Shown: positions 56,845 to 59,145 of the stretch, piece by piece
Layout: each line of letters starts with the position of its first letter
Position numbering within the stretch: position 1 is the first letter of the stretch
From: an uncultured Methanosarcinales archaeon
GTDB taxonomy: Archaea; Nanobdellota; Nanobdellia; Woesearchaeales; DATGWN01
DNA length: 59,145 nucleotides
NCBI GenBank assembly: GCA_964624275.1
Contig: CAZUXP010000003.1
Coordinates: 1 to 59,145, forward strand
Direction of reading: 5' to 3'
Translations under genes and position numbers: made by a program
Notes under the pieces: generated by a model
Told to the model about the DNA's origin: nothing
Seen by the model: only the letters and a program-made list of their open reading frames with translations
The model's database searches: none

Positions 56845-57302
56845 TTCGTGTAACGCCAATTCAAAACGGAATTGTGATTGATCATTTACCGGCAAATACC
56901 GCGTTAAATGTTGTACAATTATTAGAACTTGAAAAATATTCTGAAGTGATGAGTTTGGGTTTAAATTTGCACAGTAAAAAATCCGGTCGAAAAGATATTA
57001 TTAAAATTGAAGGTCGCAGTGTTTCTGATTTTGAGTTGCAAAAAATTGCATTGTATGCACCAAATGCAACAGTTAGTATTATTGAAAATGAACATGTTGT
57101 ACAAAAGATAAAACCTCAATTACCAAAAGTTTTTGTGAATACTCTTGTTTGTCCAAATAAAAATTGTGTGACAAATCATGAATATATGAATTCTGAGTTT
57201 GAAGTTTTAAATTCGGCAATGGTTCGTTTGCGTTGTAAGTATTGCGAGCGGATATTTCCAATTTCGGGTATGAAGTTGGCTGTTTCGTCTCAGAAATTAT
57301 GA
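56841..57302 (+). CDS. pyrI: Aspartate carbamoyltransferase regulatory subunit
   Basis: IENGIVIDH-like N-terminus (IQNGIVIDHL) and zinc site CPNKNC...CKYCE. 4-nt overlap with pyrB. Confidence 0.92.
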   Translation: MIRVTPIQNGIVIDHLPANTALNVVQLLELEKYSEVMSLGLNLHSKKSGRKDIIKIEGRSVSDFELQKIALYAPNATVSIIENEHVVQKIKPQLPKVFVNTLVCPNKNCVTNHEYMNSEFEVLNSAMVRLRCKYCERIFPISGMKLAVSSQKL

Positions 57303-57355
57303 AAATATTTATAAAGAGGGTGTTTTTCTTTTGTGTATTAAGTTTGATTACAACT

Positions 57356-57430
57356 GCCCTTGTAGTGTAGTCCGGTCAATCATTCAGGACTTTCATTCCT
57401 GAGACTCGGGTTCGAATCCCGGCGAGGGCG
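57356..57430 (+). tRNA. tRNA-Glu (anticodon UUC)
   Basis: Acceptor GCCCTTG/CGAGGGC, GTAGTCCGGTCAATCAT D region, anticodon stem CAGGA/TCCTG with loop CTTTCAT, T arm TCGGG-TTCGAAT-CCCGG. Confidence 0.9.
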
Positions 57431-57790
57431 TTGCATTCACTTACGTCTTTTTTAGGGACGTAGTGATTTCTTTTGCTCTACGTTACCACAATTATGTGTC
57501 AGTTAATGAGACGCTCCCACGAGGTGTGGACGTAACTGACGTTTTTTTCTGGCATCGTAGGGCAGAATTTTAAGAAAAATTGAGAAAGCTGTCGCTAAGT
57601 GAGGCAGATTGTGGCACATTGTCGCTATTCGTAAGATATCTTTAACCAACTAGTCACTTGGGCGTCGTGATGTTGGAAAAATACCTAGAGCAACAAGCTC
57701 TTGTTTCTTTTCATAAGGAATTAATTCCCATGAGTGTAATAGTATTTCTTTAAACTTTGAAATCGGGAGTGTTATTTTTTGTTCCATTGT
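57431..57790. other. ORF-free, GC-enriched, repeat-rich segment directly 3' of tRNA-Glu; candidate att/regulatory region or ncRNA
   Basis: My hand count gives ~41% G+C over 57431-57710, against visibly AT-richer intergenic DNA elsewhere. ACGTA-containing motifs x3, TGTCGCTA x2, and a hairpin plus T7 at 57531-57548. Confidence 0.4.
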
Positions 57791-57791
57791 A

Positions 57792-57935
57792 TTATGCCTC
57801 TTGGATTTGGTTCATATCCATATCTTGAAATTTGATAATATCGGATGGATCTTCGATATTTCGAATTTCCAAAGCCTTATCATCAAAGAAGTACATTCGT
57901 TCTCTGTATTTGATTATTGGAAGTTGTTTTGCCAT
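57792..57935 (-). CDS. 47-aa ORF, paralog of the 65-aa ORF upstream; not in the ORF track
   Basis: MAKQLPIIKYRERMYFFDDKALEIRNIEDP... versus MVGRLPVIKYHGKYWYVDERLKEIRNINDF... Confidence 0.45.
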   Translation of the reverse strand: MAKQLPIIKYRERMYFFDDKALEIRNIEDPSDIIKFQDMDMNQIQEA

Positions 57936-58111
57936 GTTTCGTGTTCTTTGACTTTCTCCCAAGGAATGTCGTATTCCTCAATATCTTCTTTGTCTATTTG
58001 TTCAAATGGGACAGAATCCATGAAATCGTTAATATTTCTGATTTCCTTTAGTCGTTCATCAACATACCAATATTTTCCGTGGTATTTTATCACAGGGAGT
58101 CGTCCAACCAT
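57914..58111 (-). CDS. 65-aa hypothetical protein
   Basis: Shares the LP-[VI]-IKY...Y-x-x-D-x-x-L-x-EIRNI-x-D motif with the next ORF. Its start shares one base with the preceding stop (TAATG). Confidence 0.5.
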   Translation of the reverse strand: MVGRLPVIKYHGKYWYVDERLKEIRNINDFMDSVPFEQIDKEDIEEYDIPWEKVKEHETWQNNFQ

Positions 58112-58230
58112 TATTCTTCCTCCCTATCTTGAAAGCCATCGTGGTAGATATCATCAACTACTCGTTCCAAATCTTCGTCATTTTGAGAATCTTTGATTCT
58201 TTTGACATATTTTGCTTGATATTCGTCCAT
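58111..58230 (-). CDS. 39-aa acidic ORF, not in the ORF track
   Basis: MDEYQAKYVKRIKDSQNDEDLERVVDDIYHDGFQDREEE. Its stop overlaps the next start. Confidence 0.35.
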   Translation of the reverse strand: MDEYQAKYVKRIKDSQNDEDLERVVDDIYHDGFQDREEE

Positions 58231-58289
58231 TGTATAGACTATTAGAAAGATTTGATTTAAGGGGTAACGTTTAACAAAGGTGGACAGAA

Positions 58290-59145
58290 TTAAGCAGGTA
58301 CTGCGTCTGTTTCAATCACTCGAACATCAGTTTTACTATCAGTTTCTTTTTTAGCATAATATTCTTGAACTTTCTGGTTAACTTGTTTTAGTTTATCTAA
58401 ATCCTTCTTGTAAACATTTAGACGAACACTTACACCCATTCTAGAATGCAACTCTTTAAGCATAGACGGAGATAGCCATTTTGCTTCTAAGTGTAATTTA
58501 AATGTATATATGCCATTTTTTTTAGTTCCGTAACGTCCAAAAGTTAATGAAGCATAATCATTAATATTACCTTTTCGGTAAATTGTTTTTCCGTTAGGGT
58601 CTAGAGCAAGAACTAAAATCTTACTTATGTGTCTACAGGGATCAAAACCACTTTCATTATGTGAGTGAGAAATAAAGAAGTCAACACTTGAAACTTCGTC
58701 CGAAATCGGAATTGAAATTTCCAAACAAGGAATATTTGAAATCCCTTGATGTTTCGGAGCCATTACAGCAGGAACATTAAAATATTCAAAATCAAGATAA
58801 ATACCGTCATCATTCACCAAAGGATCAACAGTAGAATTTATGTGTAAATAACTAGATTTATCATTACCTTTTAAAATTGAACATCTACTTAATAAAATAG
58901 TTTTAAGCAATTCGGAAGTTTTTGCAATATGCCTATATTCAGATTCAATTCTAGCAAGTAGGTTACTAATTAAAGGGGCGGAGAAACTCGTACCTGCGTC
59001 TTTGACCAGATTATTTTCTTTGTCAATGACTAAAATCTTTGAATCGTCCCCAATATCACCTCCATTTACAAAAATGTCTGGCTTGTAGTTTTTTCTTTTA
59101 TCGTCATCTTTGTGTAAGAATAAATAGGACTTACCACTACGACTA
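58290..59145 (-). CDS. Subtilisin-like (S8) serine peptidase, 5'-partial, with a ~200-aa C-terminal domain of unknown type
   Basis: The frame stays open upstream of the track's TTG start to the window end. It reads ...KPDIFVNGGDI...DAGTSFSAPLISNLLARI, the S8 catalytic-Ser motif G-T-S-x-[AS]-x-P. Confidence 0.75.
   Translation of the reverse strand, partial: SRSGKSYLFLHKDDDKRKNYKPDIFVNGGDIGDDSKILVIDKENNLVKDAGTSFSAPLISNLLARIESEYRHIAKTSELLKTILLSRCSILKGNDKSSYLHINSTVDPLVNDDGIYLDFEYFNVPAVMAPKHQGISNIPCLEISIPISDEVSSVDFFISHSHNESGFDPCRHISKILVLALDPNGKTIYRKGNINDYASLTFGRYGTKKNGIYTFKLHLEAKWLSPSMLKELHSRMGVSVRLNVYKKDLDKLKQVNQKVQEYYAKKETDSKTDVRVIETDAVPA

Noticed and set aside
57431-57790. Idea that the GC-rich segment is SRP RNA or RNase P RNA
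   Set aside because: I could not find the conserved SRP helix-8 motif (GGAA/GNAR loop with flanking AGCA) or the RNase P CR-I/CR-V-like blocks. A covariance-model search is still worthwhile.

Overview
AT-rich archaeal chromosome segment. The informational genes are clearly archaeal: family-B DNA polymerase, Orc1/Cdc6, aEF-2, aIF-1A, the L7Ae-S28e-L24e-NDK cluster, eL41, RtcB, and a tRNA with a bulge-helix-bulge intron. Small compact genes, many Shine-Dalgarno-like GGAGG/GGTGA leaders, 4-8 nt start/stop overlaps and patchy bacterial-type genes give it the look of a DPANN-type small-genome archaeon; that assignment is inference only.

Main blocks:
- MNT/HEPN toxin-antitoxin pair and a membrane-anchored SH3b+GH24 lysozyme-like protein (1-3.1 kb).
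- Transporters and a protease (3-7 kb).
- A complete but oddly arranged archaellum locus with five archaellin genes (8.5-21 kb).
- polB, a large nucleotidyltransferase, pyrG, rhomboid, tsaC and orc1/cdc6 (21-31 kb).
- An uncharacterised four-gene cassette (31.5-33.5 kb).
- Housekeeping and accessory genes (33.7-47 kb).
- uvrB, aEF-2 and the ribosomal cluster (47-54 kb).
- ccdA/thioredoxin and pyrBI (54.6-57.3 kb).
- A compositionally distinct segment after tRNA-Glu that runs off the window end.

Four tRNAs are present: Val-UAC, Gly-GCC, intron-containing Ile-UAU and Glu-UUC. I saw no rRNA and no CRISPR array.

Best candidates for something undescribed:
1. The translationally coupled cassette of three divergent paralogs plus a fourth gene at 31564-33487.
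2. The tRNA-Glu-flanking island: a GC-rich repeat-laden non-coding stretch, three tiny overlapping ORFs and an S8 protease with an unknown C-terminal domain.
3. A set of inverted-repeat-bounded intergenic elements. One has a 9-bp target-site-like duplication. Two are related copies with a compensatory base-pair change.
4. A textbook K-turn hairpin in the L7Ae leader.

All calls come from reading the sequence and ORF translations and from motif memory. No database search was run.
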